A stretch of DNA of 63,571 nucleotides, the filler included, from Reclinomonas americana ATCC 50394 (taxonomy: Eukaryota): assembly GCA_048213135.1 (NCBI GenBank). It is 7 parts of 7 records of this genome, joined end to end, with 100 filler letters (N's around TTAATTAATTAA, not from the genome) between each part and the next. Parts side by side here need not be neighbours in the genome. Positions count along the whole stretch, not along the records: positions 35,310 to 46,301 come from AFZH01019581.1; positions 46,402 to 53,421 come from AFZH01019583.1; 5 more parts are not named here. The stretch is one strand, 5' to 3'. How positions within the stretch are numbered: the stretch's first letter is position 1; each line of letters opens with the position of its first letter. Below are positions 36,421 through 47,809 of this stretch, in pieces. The notes below the pieces were generated by a model, which was given only the letters and a program-made list of their open reading frames with translations, had not been told where the DNA came from and did not search any database. The translations under genes were made by a program, and so were the position numbers.

Positions 36421-37797
36421 ATGGCAAGCGCCGAGAACCTGGTCGTGTTTCTCAGTCCCGACGCCACGCTGGTGTCATCCTTTGTGCACAGTGTGTGGTC
36501 AAGCGACGATCAGCACGCACAGCGTGGCTCACACGAGGCCAACCTGGGCGCTGAATGCTCTCACAGTTGAGTGAGAACTTCCTCGCTCTCTCTTTCCCTC
36601 CTCTTCCCTCCTCTCTCACACACACGCATGCAGGTGTGCGTCTCTTCCCGCTGCTCACCAAGTACTACAAGACGGCAGTGCATGTGGCCTCGGTGCATGC
36701 CCCACAAGGAGTGATTGCTCCCTCCGATCCTCTGCATTCCGCTCGACCGCAAGCTGTGGTCTTTGTCGGCCATGTGGAGGTTGGCACTCTCCCTCTCTCT
36801 CTCTCATGCACCTCACTCACTGCATTCTCTCTCTTGCTGTGCAGCACGCTGCATTGCACGAGTCACTCTCGCGCATGGGTGAGCTGCTGGAGCACTGGGA
36901 CCCTGCGGTGCGTGTGTGTGCCTATCACACACGAGTGGAGGAGTCGGTGGTTGTCGAGGAGGCACGCAAGGTTGGTTCTCTGCAGTGGCCATGTGTGCTG
37001 GAGCTTGCTCTCATCGTTCGACGATGCTGTGCAGCGAGAGCACGAGAGCCGAGTGCATGCCATCTCCGAGTGGTGTCTCGACTCGGCGGTGGAGTTTATC
37101 GACATGAATGAGGAGGTGGCGGAGGACGATGAGGAAGAGGAGGAGGGTGGTGTTGGTGGTGCGTCTGGAATGCAGACAGCTGCGCTTCTACCGTCGTCGC
37201 ACTCACGTGTGTGGGGTGTGTGTGCAGCTGGGCGTGAGCAAGGCGCGACGGGCTTTGGTCGTGTGCTGGAGGTGCTGCAGTGTCACGTGTGGCAGCCACT
37301 TGCGTTTGGCGAGCAGAGTGTGGCGGCCTCCTCGGCATCTTCGGCTTCGGGATCGGGAAGCGGTGCCACGAGTACCACCACCGCGACTGCGGCACCGGCA
37401 GAGGCCTGCAGCGGTGCGGCCGCGGCTGGTGAACCCGACAGCACGCGTGCTTCCAGTTGCGCGTGAGCTTGCATCGCTTCTTGCTTTCCTTGTTTGCTCT
37501 CTGAACACATGCAACGCAGAGCCGGCGGCCGTGGCTCCACCGTCACTGATGGGCAACCTGATCGCCGACCTGGCCTCTCTGGAGACGGAGGAAGGGGCCG
37601 ACAATTTCGATCGCACATTCGCCGAGTTGATCATGCGCGCACAGCAGGTGCGCAGCTCTTCCAGCAAGCTCTCCGACGAGGCACGACGACAGCAGGCCTC
37701 GGCACTCGCGCTGCAGATGGCCGCCCTGTTCCATCTCGACGACGACGACGATGAAGAGGAGAGGGGAGGGCGAAGCGGTGACGACGAAGACGATTAG
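36421..37797 (+). CDS. AAGAB: Alpha- and gamma-adaptin-binding protein p34
   Basis: LLTKYYKTAV, EWCLDSAVEFIDM, GFGRVLEVLQCHVW, FDRTFAELIMRAQQVRSSSSKLSDEARRQQASALAL plus an acidic tail. Confidence 0.8.
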
Positions 37798-37851
37798 TAA
37801 ACGACGTAGAGAGAGCCTCACAAAAATTCACTATCCCCCCGACACGGTGCA

Positions 37852-39327
37852 TCACACCCGGTCGTCGAGGGCGTGATGGGTCTCGGCGGCACCGTCAAAC
37901 ACATGCTCAATGCCACGCATGCGCTCGGTGCCGACCAGCTGCGTGCTGAGTTCCCACAACCGTTCCACCAACTTGGCGTCGTTTGCCTGCTGTTTGCACG
38001 ACTTGACGCGGCAGTCTTCGAGGTACACACCATTCTCCGCCTCCTGCAACACTCGTGAGAAGGAGATATCTCGCGCCAAAGGGAAGGCACAACAACAACA
38101 GAAACACACCATGCGCGGATTGGTGGCCGCGTACAGCGACGTCCGTGCACCCTCGGCGGTGTTGCGCATGCAGCACTTGGTGCAACACACTGTGGCGGTG
38201 GGCGAAGCCATGTCAGCTCGGCACAATCCTTCACTCTTGCGAGAAACACACTCACCGATACACCGCCACATGCAGTTGTAGTCTCGTGAGATATCCGAGT
38301 CGACGTACCCGGGATGCAGTGATGTCGACGAGATCAGCTCGTCGCCCGGACGCAGACCGCGTCGCAGCGCAGCCGCCAGCTGATTGCTGAACGCCACCTG
38401 GAAGAGCTTGGAGTTGCCGTAGAACTTGAACTTGTCGTAGGATTTCTCTCCGTGCAGATTCTCAAAGTCAATGGTGTCGTCGCCGAGAAAGTGCGCATAC
38501 GACGCCACATGCACGATGCGCACACGCTCCCCGCCACGAGCCGTCGGTCGCATCACTCGCTCCAGCAGCTGCAACGTGAGCAGCCAGTGACCGAGATAGT
38601 TGACCTGCGTGCGCAAGTGAAATGAGTGGCCGCTCGAGCCCAGTGACTGCGCGAATGTGCGCCGCACCTGGAACATGGACTCGTACCCGTCGGCAGTCAG
38701 CTCCTTCGGGCGCAGTGCCAGACCGGCGTTGTTGACCAGAATGTGCAGCCGGTTGAACCTGCGTCGAGAGAAACTGTCGCCTCAGCCACTGCCGCACTCG
38801 CCTCCTCTCTCCACCACCACTGCTCACCGTGCACAAAACGCCTCCACGAACGCCATGACCGAGTCCAGTGAACTCAAATCCAACTGCATGAACTCAATGC
38901 CCTGATTGCCAGTCTCTGCAACTCACCACCGTCACAAACACACACATAGCAGACAAAGAGAGGCAGAGTAAAGGTGGGAACCTTCTCGCAGCAGTGCCAC
39001 CACTGGTGCCGTGCGCTGCTCACTGCGACATGCCAAAATCTGCAGGAGAGTGTGAGAGAGCAATCCTGCATGTGCCTGCAGTGCGAGAACACAATGCCAT
39101 GCGCACCACATGCTGCGCCTTCATGTTGGCGATCTCGCGTGCAGTCTCCAGGCCAATGCCAGTGTTGGAACCTGCATGTGAGTGCGCATGTGTGCGTGTG
39201 AGAGAGAGAGGGAGTGAGAGACACACACACAAGCTCCGCTGGGGTCGCGACCTGTGATAATCACGGTTTTGCCTGTCAGGTCGACAGAGCCGTCGAACGG
39301 CAGACCTCCGCAGCAGCAGTTGCCCAT
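37852..39327 (-). CDS. Retinol-dehydrogenase/WWOX-like short-chain dehydrogenase
   Basis: VIITGSNTGIGLETAREIA, LDLSSLDSV, ILVNNAG, GYESMFQVNYLGHWLLT, YGNSK, LHPGYVDSDI. N-terminal MGNCCC is a candidate acylation motif. Confidence 0.92.
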
Positions 39328-39389
39328 GCTTTCTTCCGCACAAAGTAAACGATGGAAATTTTGTGAGTGAGTGTTTTTCATTCTCCTCT

Positions 39390-42126
39390 CTAGCAGCACG
39401 CCTCAAAGTCTGGCAGCGGGAACAGTGCCAGCTGCATTCTTCGCACGGCCAGCGACACTCGGTACTCCAAGTCGGCATCGCGGCAGTTGATTTCCTTGTT
39501 GCGCAGATCCACTTCCACCTCTTCGCCATCGGCCGTCACCACAAACAACATCTCGTCGAGCGAGAGCTCGGTCGGGCCAAACTGCTCGCCCAGCATGCGC
39601 TGCATCGATCGCAGCGCAAACACGTCGTATGGCATCTCCGATGGTCGCAGCACTGCAACACAGATATCAGTCCATGCGTCGTCACCCTTCGCCTCAGCCC
39701 CGCTCACCCTTCTCCTCGGCCATGACCGCCTCCGGTTCCAGCTCAATGGCCAGTGCGTGTACCAACACCACATCAGTGACGAAATCAAGCACCGCATTGG
39801 ATCCCCACTGCAATCGCAGCTGCGTCGCCGACAACCTCACAACCTCCACACCCTCCGCAACCACTACCATGGTCAGCTCGCCCATCATTTCGTCGCGCAC
39901 ATTCTCAAACAGCTGCCGCAGCTTGGCCACCAGCAGCCCGAAATCACCGGTAAACGGCACCGTCATGCGTTGACTGTCCGGGGAGCGACTGCGTGAGAAC
40001 AGAATGCAGTGGCCGCAGAGCGATACGCACGGAGAAGATGCACCTGAAAGAGGCCGGCGCCAACGAGGTGAATGTGGCGAGGTCGCCCGGATGCAGGAAC
40101 AGATTGCCAAAGTGTTTCCGCACCAGCAGACCGCTGAGTAATGCACCACCCTCCGGCAGCTCCTCGGCCAGCATACCCACTGTTTTCACCACCTCCTCGC
40201 CGCGGAAGGGAATGGCGACGGTGGCGCAATTCTCTGGCGTGTACACAAACATGTTGCGATCGGCAAAGGTGGTCTCCAGCTCCTGCTTCAACTGACGCAT
40301 ATTCGTCACGTCGCCGTGGACGAGGATCTGCAACGAGGCGGTGTGAGATGGCAGTGAAGAAACAGCGGGGGTGGAGGGGGCGAAGAAGAAACACGCAACG
40401 ACAGTCTTGGTGTTCATCGACGCCAAAAAGTTCTTGGTCTGCCGGCAATCCGAGTGCGCCGAAAACGAAACGTACTCCACCGTCATGCGCAGTGGCACTC
40501 GCATGCCGGTCGACAATTCAATGTCGGGTGGATTGCTCTTGATGGTGGCCGCCAGCGTGCCTTCCACATTGTAGCCGGTCAACACGGTGCCGTTGGTGCC
40601 GTTCTGGCACCATCTCTCGAACAGTTCGCGCGATGGCCCGTTCTGCATTCGCGAGTCAGAGAGAGGAGAGGAGCACCACTCCACTATGCCACACACACCT
40701 GCAACATGCCAGGTGAGGCAAGCACCACACACGGACCCGTGTCGTCCATTTGCGCAATCGACTTGACGGTGCGGATGTAGCGGAAGTCGAACGGGTTGTG
40801 TACCTCGAACTGACTGCGCACGCGCTCGTTCATCATGTTGATGTACGTCTGGAACACCTTCATGCACTTGATGGCCATGGATGACGCATAGTAGATGGGA
40901 ATGTCGTGCAACTCGGGATGCCGGTGCCAGAAATCTGCCAGCAATCGTCGGGGGAGGTGAGCGACAAGTCTCTCTTCCCTCCTCTCCTCCTCCTCCTCTT
41001 CGTCGTCTCCGCTCTCTCACACACCTTCTAGAATCAACAGCAACTCCTGCGCACGTCCGAGTGCAAACACAGGCAGCAGACAGCGGCCACCACGTCGCAC
41101 CACATCGTACACATACTGAATGAACTTGTCCTCGCGGTCCTTGCGCGGTTCGTGCATCTGCGTGCCATACGTGCTCTCCACAATCAGAATGTCGGGCGAG
41201 ACGGTCGGCGTCTCCGCACCCATCAAGTGTCGATCGGCATCGCGTGAAAAGTCGCCCGTGTACAGCACCTGCATGCGTGTGAGCACAAATGCACACACTG
41301 ATGTACGCTTCTTCGTGCACACGCCACCTTGACGCCTGCAATCTCCACCATAAACATGGCAGCACCGAGCACGTGCCCGGCATTGTAGCACCAGAACTTG
41401 ATGCCATTGTGCTCACGCTCCTGGTGGTAGTCGAGCACCTCGCACTGATCGAGCGACTTTTTCACATCCTCCTCGTCGTACAGCATATCCTCGGGCGCCG
41501 CCGAGATGCGGATCGAGTCCAGCAGCACCAGCCGCGAGATGGCCATGGTCGGATGCGTCATAAACACCTTGCCGCGAAAGTTGGTCTTGGTGACAAAGTA
41601 CGGCAGCGCGCCGCAATGGTCCATATGGAAGCTGCCTCACCGCAGATCATCAGCACGCCGCACGGTGAAAGAAGGCAATGAGCAATGCAGTGGCGCAACT
41701 GTGTGACCAGCACCAAGTCCACCGACTGGCAATCGATGGTGTCAAAGTACGGCAACGAGTCAAGCCCGACTCGTCCCGGATGAATGCCGCAATCAAACTG
41801 TGATTGCATATGAGGAAATGCATTGCAGAGTGAGGCCAGAGAGTGTGCGTGTGTGTGCGTACCATCACAGTCTTTCCCTTGAACTTGACAAGCACGGCCG
41901 AGCGACCGACCTCATTGCCAGAGCCGAGCGGGGTGATTTCCAACAGTGGCGATGTCTCATCGACACCCGACGAGGCCGAGGAGGAGGAAGAAGACGCAGT
42001 GCCCAGCGACGATGCGGCATAGGCGGCGGTGGCGGAGCCGATGCGCGGACCGCCTTGTGCAAAGCGCGTATTGGCGCTGATCACGGTGGCGCCGGGTGGA
42101 GGCAGTGCGGTCGCGCGACTGGTCAT
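39390..42126 (-). CDS. CPSF3: Cleavage and polyadenylation specificity factor 73 kDa endonuclease
   Basis: [111 protein letters not shown]. Confidence 0.95.
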
Positions 42127-42604
42127 TTTGTTTTGGTGATTGATTTTGTGCAGGACAGCGCACGGAGGGATAAGGGAAGTGTGGTACGCTGTGTATGATG
42201 TGCGGTGCAAGCTGGGATATTCGGCGGTCGTTGTGCGTGTGCTTGTGCAGCGCGAATTAGATCGCGAATTATACATGTCGACGTCGACGTTTGCATAGAC
42301 AGCTGCACAGCCGCGCGGATTCAACTGCCGGTGTATATATGGCTCACAGCTGCTCCTACTCAACAGCGTCCACCTGCAACTTTAGTCACGCGTTGTGGTG
42401 TTGGAGAGCCGACGTCGACGTTCTTTTGAGCCCGAGGTCACTCTTTCCCCTCTCCCCTCTCTCGTCGCTGCTGTTGTCTGAGCGGCAAGGCCAACAGTAC
42501 ACCGTTGATCGACGAGCGCGCGCGACAATCGACAAAGAGAGAGAGAAAGAGAAAACGAAGACTGGTGGGACAACCTCTCTTGGCGCCAAATCGCACTGAG
42601 CTCG

Positions 42605-45600
42605 ATGCAGAGTGGCAAGGGCAAGGCGTACAGGGCGGCTGTGCCACTAAAGCCACGCACTCCTGCGCAACGGTATGTGTGCGTTAAAGAGAGAGTGCGT
42701 GTGTGTCTACTCACGCTGAGTGTGTGTGCCACAGTGCGGCGCTGTCACAAGGTGTGCTCGATGAGGACGGTGGATCGACGGCATCATCAGCCAATGGCGG
42801 TGTGCCGATGGTCAATTCGATCGCCTCTGCGCAAAAGGTGTGTGTGTGTGTAAGAGAGAGAGAGAGATCATTCATTGATCGCTGCTCACCTGCGTTGTTC
42901 TCAGTCGCAGTCATCTGCCGCTGGGCCGCCTGTTGTCGCTGCTGATGTGCTATCGCGTCAGGTACTCACTCATTCGCGTACTTGTGTGTTGGAGCGTGAG
43001 TGTTCATTCGTGTGTGTGTGCTGCGACAGCTGCTCGGCGAGCAGGCCATGGGCGCCACGAGGCAAAAGATCAATGTGGACAGCCCGGTGAAGAAGGTCAT
43101 TGGGGACATGGTGGCCGCGCGACGACGTGAGTGTGGCAAGCGATGTTGTTTCTTCCCCGTTCGTCGTTGACTAACTCGCGCAGAGATGGCTGGCGATGCG
43201 GATGACCACGGTGGCGTGCCAGCGGTGTGTGTCTCTCTCTCCCTCTCTATGCTGCTCCCAGTCTCGTGCTGATTGATCATCGCTGTTCGAACGCAGCCGC
43301 GACACGCCTGGGGCGATACCGATTCACCGTCGATGATGCAGGCGGTGCCGCCGATCCGCACGCCGGCTGATCGCCACGCCATCCACACGCCGTTGGCGTC
43401 GGCACCGGCCGTGTCGACCCCGTCCACTGCCAATGTGGCAAAGACGCTCGATTTCTTCCAGGGTGCGTGTGTGTGTGTGTTTGTACGAATGTGTATTGCT
43501 GCTGCTGACAAGCGTCTGCCAAACCCACAGAGACGCCCTCGAACGGAGCCCACGCTGCGCAACGAAAGGCCAAGACCGACGCACTCAGCAGTCCGGAGCG
43601 AGTGGCTGCTGCCGAGTTCCCTTCGTTTGCCGCTGGTGCGCCAGAGCCGACTGAAAAGACAACGCCGCGCAGCGAATCGGCCAAGAGGAAACGAGGTGCG
43701 CGTTCATCAGAGGGTGGATCGTGTCCACGGATTGTATATTCATCTCCCTCGTACTGTGGCAGCCGTCAAGCATGTGCAGTCGCGTTTCATGAGCGGCGCC
43801 AAGACGCCAACACAAGGCGAAAAGGAGGCCGCTCGGCCCACACGGCCCACCTCGGCTCCACGATCTCGACCGACGTCGGCGGCCCCGACTCCCGAACAAC
43901 ATCGGTGTGTGTGTCTCTCCGGTGTTATTTGGATCCATCCCTTGCATCTGCTCATGACACGCTGCGATAATCAGGAGACCAATATCAGCTCAGCGTGCAC
44001 GTCCGTCATCGTTGCGTTTGCGGACGTAGAAGATGGAAGAAGGGTCATCGGTCGTCGTTAACTGTGTCTCGTTCGCAGTGCGGCGCCACCAGCCACAGCA
44101 GCGCCATCGTCTGCATTGGCGCAGGCGCGCAAGGGCACTGCCGCACTGAATACCATCCGCCAGCTGGAACGACAGCAGGAGATGCTGGAGGCCAAGGCCC
44201 GAGCGGAGCAAGAGTTCTTTGAGAGGTGCGTGCCAGAATGCCGATCTGACTTCTGTTTTCTTTATGAGGTGCCTCACGTCGTATGACAGTCGAGCACAAG
44301 CTGCCGCCGCTGCCGCAGAGGGAGACAGCGTGCCCGGTTCCACAACAAAGAACGGTGTGCCTGCTGACACATTTTTTGTTCGACACCATGATCGTGACCA
44401 ACTTGTGTTGTGCTTCCAGGAGCACGCATCACAAGACATTTCAATCCACCGGGAACTGCGCCCAGTGAAGAATCAAGTTGCGTTTGTCTCTTTCCCAATG
44501 CACGTACATCTGTCGTCGCTCATCGCATCGTGCAGCGCCTGGGCGAATCAAAATGCGAGTGGTCTCCTCCAAGTTCCAACAGCCGGCCGCCGCCGCCGCA
44601 TCACAGACGCCGCGCGACAGCGCCAAGAAGCCGACACCACGCGACCGACCCACTACACCGACGAATCGACGACCTGCTGCGCCAGCCACCAGCTCGGCCG
44701 TCAAGGGTCGTCAGCCAGTGGTGACGGCGGGTGGAGCGGGAACTGCCGCACCATCATCAGCGAGTCGACCAGGTAAAGAGGGGGGCAGAGGGAGAACATC
44801 TCCATCACGCATCTCACTCACCCGCCTCGCCACAGTCACCATTACACGCGGCGAATTGCCGTCGGCCGCCGCTCTGTTGCGCCCCTTTCCATCACTCTGA
44901 TTTTTGTGATGATCATGTGTGTCTCACATATTACCGCGCAGTGCTGGTCGTGGAGCACCGCCGAAAAAAGCCGCACCACCCTCAGTTGCCGCGCACCCCG
45001 GCGGCAACCTGCCAAGTGGCATGACTCCGGCGATGCATGCGGCTCTTTTGCAGACACGCCTGCTGCACTGGCACTTTGTCAATGCACGGGCGGCGCAGGC
45101 GTTTGAGGCACAGGAGGATCGGGCGATGGTCTGTGTCTATGCCTGGATTTGTATGTGAGCGTTTGTGTGCTCACCACAGGCTGGCGCAGGAGGCACTGTA
45201 CAGCATGTGGTTGTTGATTGATCAACGGCGGTCCGACTTGCAGCAGCATGTGTTGACACTGGAGAAGGAGAAGCACATTGTGGCGCTGGAGGACTCGCTG
45301 CGGCATGTGCGTCGGCATTCTCTCGTTTGATCTTGCGGTATCTGCGTCATCATCCGTGATGTGACGTTGCTTTTGGGGGGCGCAGCACGAGTACCTGGCC
45401 ACTGCCGAGGCCGGCACCATCATGGATCAGTACGCCGATGCACACAGCAGGTTATCGCAGGCACTGACGGGCACCACTCATCGTCTCCCGTTGCATCGGT
45501 GAGACAACTCATTCTCCCTCAATAATCCCGCGTCGCTCACCTCCACCACAGCGTGACGGTCGACGAGACGCAGCTGCTGCAGAGTCTCACCAATGTGGCC

Positions 45601-45858
45601 AGCACACTGTCGGCGCTGGCTGCCGAGACCGACACGGAGGCGGCGGCCATTGGCGAGCTGGCAGACACGTTGCGTGCGCTGGAGACGGGAATCATGGAGG
45701 AGTGTGCGTCACTGGGCAAGGCACACGGCGGTGTGCTGGCACTGCGATCGGCGCAAAACATGGAAATGAGCCTGCAGGTGCAACACATACAGCAGCTCCG
45801 CGAACTGGCAATCATGGATGCAGCAGCAGCGGCGGCGGCGGCGAATGGCGACGCATGA
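42605..45858 (+). CDS. HAUS8: QWRF-domain / augmin subunit 8-like microtubule-associated protein
   Basis: Long S/P/R-rich N-terminus with VQSRFMS, then LLQTRLLHWHFVNARAAQAFEAQEDRAMEALYSMW (QWRF-type motif) and LSQALTGTTHRLPL. Orthology to HAUS8 is inferred. Confidence 0.7.
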
Positions 45859-45947
45859 GAGCGATATCGATCGACGCGATTGTGTGCGTTTTATAAAAAA
45901 AGAAGAAAGGCATGGCGACGAGTGGGGCAGGAACATTGGATCGCCGA

Positions 45948-46301
45948 TTACCGCGATCCGAGAATGGCCCGGGCACGCGATTGCAGCTCATCGAGCTCAC
46001 TGCGCACACGGAACTCATCGTCGTACCGCCGTCGCAACTCGTCCAACTCGTTCGCCTGTCGCGCAATCAGCCGCTCCAGCTCCATACTGCAACAACAAAC
46101 AACATATGGCCACACATGAATACAACCTGCGCGGTGCACGGAGAAAAAACACCTCAAGCACAACACAAACCGTGTACGCTGCGCCACACTCTGCTTGCTG
46201 CGCAGCTCATTCACCACCTCATGCAGATGCGTATTCTCCGACTCGGCCTCCGAGAAGCTGGCAACACACATCGCCAGTGAGAGGCACACACACTGGTACG
46301 C
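45948..46301 (-). CDS. C-terminal coiled-coil exons of an unidentified gene (5' truncated)
   Basis: ASFSEAESENTHLHEVVNELRSKQ...MELERLIARQANELDELRRRYDDEFRVRSELDELQSRARAILGSR*. Confidence 0.55.
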   Translation of the reverse strand, partial: AYQCVCLSLAMCVASFSEAESENTHLHEVVNELRSKQSVAQRTRFVLCLRCFFSVHRAGCIHVWPYVVCCCSMELERLIARQANELDELRRRYDDEFRVRSELDELQSRARAILGSR

Positions 46302-46401
46302 NNNNNNNNNNNNNNNNNNNNNNNNNNNNNNNNNNNNNNNNNNNNTTAATTAATTAANNNNNNNNNNNNNNNNNNNNNNNNNNNNNNNNNNNNNNNNNNN
46401 N
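46302..46401. other. Artificial contig-join spacer
   Basis: N-TTAATTAATTAA-N. Confidence 0.97.
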
Positions 46402-46589
46402 GAGAGAGAGAGAGAGAGTGACACACACCGACAGAAATCAATGCTGATCCGCCACCAGCCGCGCATGTTTCGCGCCTCGCTTTCACTGAGTGAGTTGCCG
46501 GAGGCTCTTCCCATGTCGCTTGGAGGGAGACCCGTCACTGGCACAAAGGCGACGATCTCGCCAAGGATCTCTGGCGGCAAACGGGGCAT
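46402..46589 (-). CDS. First exon of an F-box-like protein (3' truncated)
   Basis: MPRLPPEILGEIVAFV matches the F-box start LP.E.L..I..F and is followed by a GT donor. Confidence 0.45.
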
Positions 46590-46804
46590 TGCAATGTTTT
46601 GGTCCCGCTGCGCCTTGTTGCGACGTTCAGTGACTGGCAAGGAGTTGATGCTTGGTAGGTTGCAAGACTCGCACACTATGGGAGAAATCCAGAGAAAAGA
46701 GTCACGGCGCCCCACTGTCTGCTTGCAGATCGACGTCAGTATCGCGAAACATGTACATGCTTCACAGAGACAAGGACAACACTGCAGCTGACCAAGCGCG
46801 GCTA

Positions 46805-47725
46805 CTATTCCGGGAGGTTGCTTGGGCTGGACGGCGCCGGCCTCGAAGGCAAGCGACTGTCTGGATGACGAACAGGAGGCCGACCAAACAGCGGCTCAAA
46901 AGGCTCAATGTCGTCGTCTGGATCCGGCGAAGCATCCAACCCCTCTAACTCAAGCCGACGTGCTTGCGCAGTTGCCAGCAACACCAGTTCCAATGCCTGA
47001 ACCAGCTCGCTGAACTGCGCCAGCTGTAAGGAGTGCACGGGTGTAGACGGGGCTGGTGAAGTTGGAGTAGCGACGGTCGGCCGCACTTGCAATTGCGCGT
47101 GCTCCCGGACCGCATCCAGTGAGGCTGACGAGCGCACTTGCAGCGTGCGCTGTGCAAGCAGCCGCACATAGGCGAGCTCCTTCTTGAATTCTTCTTCGAA
47201 CGCACGAGAGTCACTCAGTGCCTCCTCCGGATCCTCGCGTCGATATCGATGGTTCTCAGCCAGAATGAGACTCACACGACGCATAACTTCTGCCTCCACG
47301 TCTTCCCCAAGCAGAGCCATCAGCTTTTGCTTTTGCTGAGCATCAAGCTGCTGCCGCTGGGGAAGTCACACAGCAGCGAGTAAGTCACACAATCGACAGG
47401 CGCCGGCGATCACGAGTCATTTTAAATTTAAATTTGTGTGCCACATGCGCACATGTACAGCTAGCAGGCCCACCTGAAAGGGATTCGGCGCTCGACCCGG
47501 GGCTGGAATGTGAGCAGAGCGCCCGTCAGAAGACGAACCCAGCGACATTGCGAGCGTTGTGGGGGATTAAGGACAAAGTTTGCTTGCCTGCATGCACATT
47601 TACAGCTGTCCTTCCACTTCGTGGTGGAAAGACGTTTTATAGTTGGACCATTGTCCATATGGTGTCCGTACGGTGAACCCGAGAGCTCGAAGACGGCCGG
47701 CGCCGGACAGATCGGCTGTCGCCAT
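46805..47725 (-). CDS. Orphan helical protein (5' exons uncertain)
   Basis: Coding-like ORF 46805-47357 (RQQLDAQQKQKLMALLGEDVEAEVMRRVSLIL...) preceded by an AG acceptor. A candidate first exon reads MATADLSGAGRLRALGF. Confidence 0.4.
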
Positions 47726-47809
47726 TGCGACGTGCGACGTTGGATATCTGAGATTTCGCGAGCACTGTCTTTATACGAACACGCACCCGCAGCTCGTCCG
47801 AAGCGAGTG

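Noticed and set aside
47440..47800. Possible structured ncRNA (SRP, snRNA, RNase P/MRP)
   Set aside because: No diagnostic conserved boxes were found on either strand, and the minus strand is explicable as exons and introns of the orphan gene.
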